From a virus: a DNA stretch of 64,000 nucleotides. Positions 63,220 through 64,000 of this stretch are shown piece after piece. The first letter of the stretch is position 1. Each line of letters begins with the position of its first letter. Under the pieces are notes generated by a model that saw nothing but the letters and a program-made list of their open reading frames with translations, was not told the DNA's origin and did not search any database. A program made the position numbers and the translations under genes. The stretch covers positions 1 through 64,000 of the IMG/VR virus record IMGVR_UViG_3300033145_001156. One strand, given 5' to 3'.

Positions 63220-64000
63220 CAACCTGCCCTTGCTGAAGGAGCAGATCCTCGTCCTGCGGAGCGACCCGTTCGTGGACGAGATCGTGGTAGTCAGCAATGG
63301 TTCTAATGATGGAACTAATGAATGGTTAAAGGAGCAAGATATTATTTCTGTTATTAGGGAGAACGACGGGGCCGGGCCTGGCAGGAACGCTGGTCTTGAT
63401 ATGGCAGGAGAGTTCGACTACGTGCTCATGCTCGACGGCGGGATCAGGCCGCTGGTGAACGGGACGGGGCACATGCTGGACTACCTGGAGAGGCACCCCG
63501 GGGTCGACGTCCTCGGGCTGGAGGTCCCGCACTTCGAGACCGACAGGGGGAGGGCGTGGCGTAGGTGGCCTAGGCCAATAACTGACGACCAGACGTACAG
63601 GCACAGCCATCTAAGCCTCACGGCGTATTGCCTCTCGCGGGCGCGCGCGTGGGACGGGCTGAGGTTCAGCGAGGAGGGGCCGTTCGGGGAGCCCGGGTGG
63701 GGCGTGGACGATGACGAGATGGCCTGCCAATGGGCCGAGGCGGGGATAGTCCTGTACTCAGTAACTAACATCCACCCCTACAGGCGGGGGTCGGGCAGCT
63801 TCAGGAGGCTGTTCCTGGAGACGGGCGTCTGGCCGAACCAGTACGGATCGGTATACGAGAAGAGGCTGGTCTGGATGCAGCAGAACTGGCCGCAGTACGG
63901 GCGGGGGGTGCAATGGGGAGAACCCTGGCTTACCATCGTCGTCAAGGTCGGGGAACTGGAGGGGACGGCCAGGATCATCAAGCGCGCGCACAACATGCTG
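63191..64000 (+). CDS. GT2 glycosyltransferase, truncated by the window edge
   Basis: Manual translation MLVAIITT...EIVVVSNGSNDGT...GRNAGL...YVLMLDGG...GWGVDDDE. Confidence 0.8.
   Translation, partial: MLVAIITTLDNLPLLKEQILVLRSDPFVDEIVVVSNGSNDGTNEWLKEQDIISVIRENDGAGPGRNAGLDMAGEFDYVLMLDGGIRPLVNGTGHMLDYLERHPGVDVLGLEVPHFETDRGRAWRRWPRPITDDQTYRHSHLSLTAYCLSRARAWDGLRFSEEGPFGEPGWGVDDDEMACQWAEAGIVLYSVTNIHPYRRGSGSFRRLFLETGVWPNQYGSVYEKRLVWMQQNWPQYGRGVQWGEPWLTIVVKVGELEGTARIIKRAHNML

Noticed and set aside
1-64000. Retron, DGR or group II intron explanation for the structured RNAs
   Set aside because: No reverse transcriptase motifs and no TR/VR pair were seen in the window

Overview
A 64-kb piece of a large tailed-phage (or prophage) genome. 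It is densely coding, and almost every gene is on the + strand; a RusA-like gene is the only clear - strand gene. Recognisable functions include recombination (Sak4-like ATPase, RNase H-fold exonuclease, RusA), replication (DnaB-like helicase, CHC2/TOPRIM primase with degenerate catalytic motifs), DNA modification (ParB-fused amino-methyltransferase next to a PD-(D/E)xK protein, ParB-like gene plus C5 methyltransferase), packaging (TerS, TerL), a lytic transglycosylase, a SPOUT RNA methyltransferase, free-standing homing endonucleases and a glycosyltransferase cluster at the right edge. There are also more than 100 small hypothetical ORFs, many in tandem paralog sets. No portal, capsid, tail, integrase or cas genes are recognisable. 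Pro/Thr-rich linkers weakly suggest a Chloroflexota-like host (inference). The non-coding layer is unusually rich: (1) a solo intact TnpB whose omegaRNA-like region runs directly into a repeat-spacer-repeat CRISPR mini-array; (2) a second, unrelated CRISPR-like mini-array; (3) about 19 copies of the palindrome CTTTGCGCAAAG, mostly at gene junctions; (4) a type II hammerhead ribozyme; (5) four promoter-proximal leaders with the same interleaved-stem topology; (6) a repeated hairpin-versus-28-bp-helix RNA element; (7) a tRNA-like RNA. All calls come from manual motif reading; no database searches were run.
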